Assembly: GCF_001194135.2 (NCBI RefSeq)
Contig: NC_068990.1
Location: 31,512,757-31,576,756, forward strand
Reading direction: 5' to 3'
Length of the DNA: 64,000 nucleotides
DNA from: Octopus bimaculoides
Lineage: Eukaryota
The notes beneath the pieces were generated by a model that was given only the letters and a program-made list of their open reading frames with translations, did no database searches and was not told the origin of the DNA. The number at the start of each line of letters is the position of its first letter. Position 1 is the stretch's first letter. Shown piece after piece: positions 63,674 to 64,000 of the stretch. A program made the translations under genes and the position numbers.

Positions 63674-63850
63674 AGGTTTAAAAAAAAGGGGTGAAAAGTT
63701 TGTGTTAAGCAGGAAGTGTGGTGTCAAAACAGGAAGTGTGTGTAAGGGGAGACAAATATTTTTAGTTCATAACTCCAACTAAAAACATTTGTCTCCCTTT
63801 ACACACACTTCCTGCTTAACACAAACTTTTCACCCCTTTTTTTTAAACCT
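63674..63850. mobile_element. Young near-perfect hairpin MITE
   Basis: aggtttaaaaaaaaggggtgaaaagtttgtgttaagcaggaagtgtg..gagacaaatatttttagtt, a 9-nt loop, then aactaaaaacatttgtctccc..cctgcttaacacaaacttttcacccctttttttttaaacct. Confidence 0.8.
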
Positions 63851-64000
63851 AACACAACTCTCAATTCTCATGCATCCTTATTTTTCCAACCTTCATATAC
63901 ATGAATTACCATTGAACTTCAAAAGCTCAAAGACAATATAATGTATTGGTATATTTATTTTTTTATATATTATTTTTTTATATATTATTTTTTTTATATA

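Overview
AT-rich, microsatellite-dense eukaryotic DNA with five N-gaps (6037-6198, 14980-15222, 17882-17944, 29481-29534, 59175-59251). The SINE families and abundant (TA)n/(CA)n/(ATT)n/(GAT)n repeats point to an octopus (coleoid cephalopod) genome; this is an inference. The window looks intronic or intergenic and consists largely of decayed mobile DNA. DNA transposons include several Tc1/mariner relics, among them a full-length DD37D maT with perfect 29-bp TIRs at 44012-45288 and a fold-back mariner at 57914-58699, plus several MITE hairpins. Retroelements include LINE relics (RTE, CR1-group, R4/Dong-like), a Penelope GIY-YIG fragment, a Copia-type gag-PR-IN relic with a second gag fragment, and two abundant tRNA-derived SINE families. 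No intact host gene, tRNA/rRNA gene or CRISPR array can be supported, and most ORFs in the supplied track are microsatellite or antisense artefacts. The most notable observations are a cluster of decayed hammerhead-ribozyme-like motifs in inverted arrangement (5660-5945), a candidate minus-strand terminal exon with an HxKxxxxD motif (5061-5207), a TIR element nested around the maT, and two tandem repeats built from splice-site-like sequence. I found no convincing new multi-gene system.
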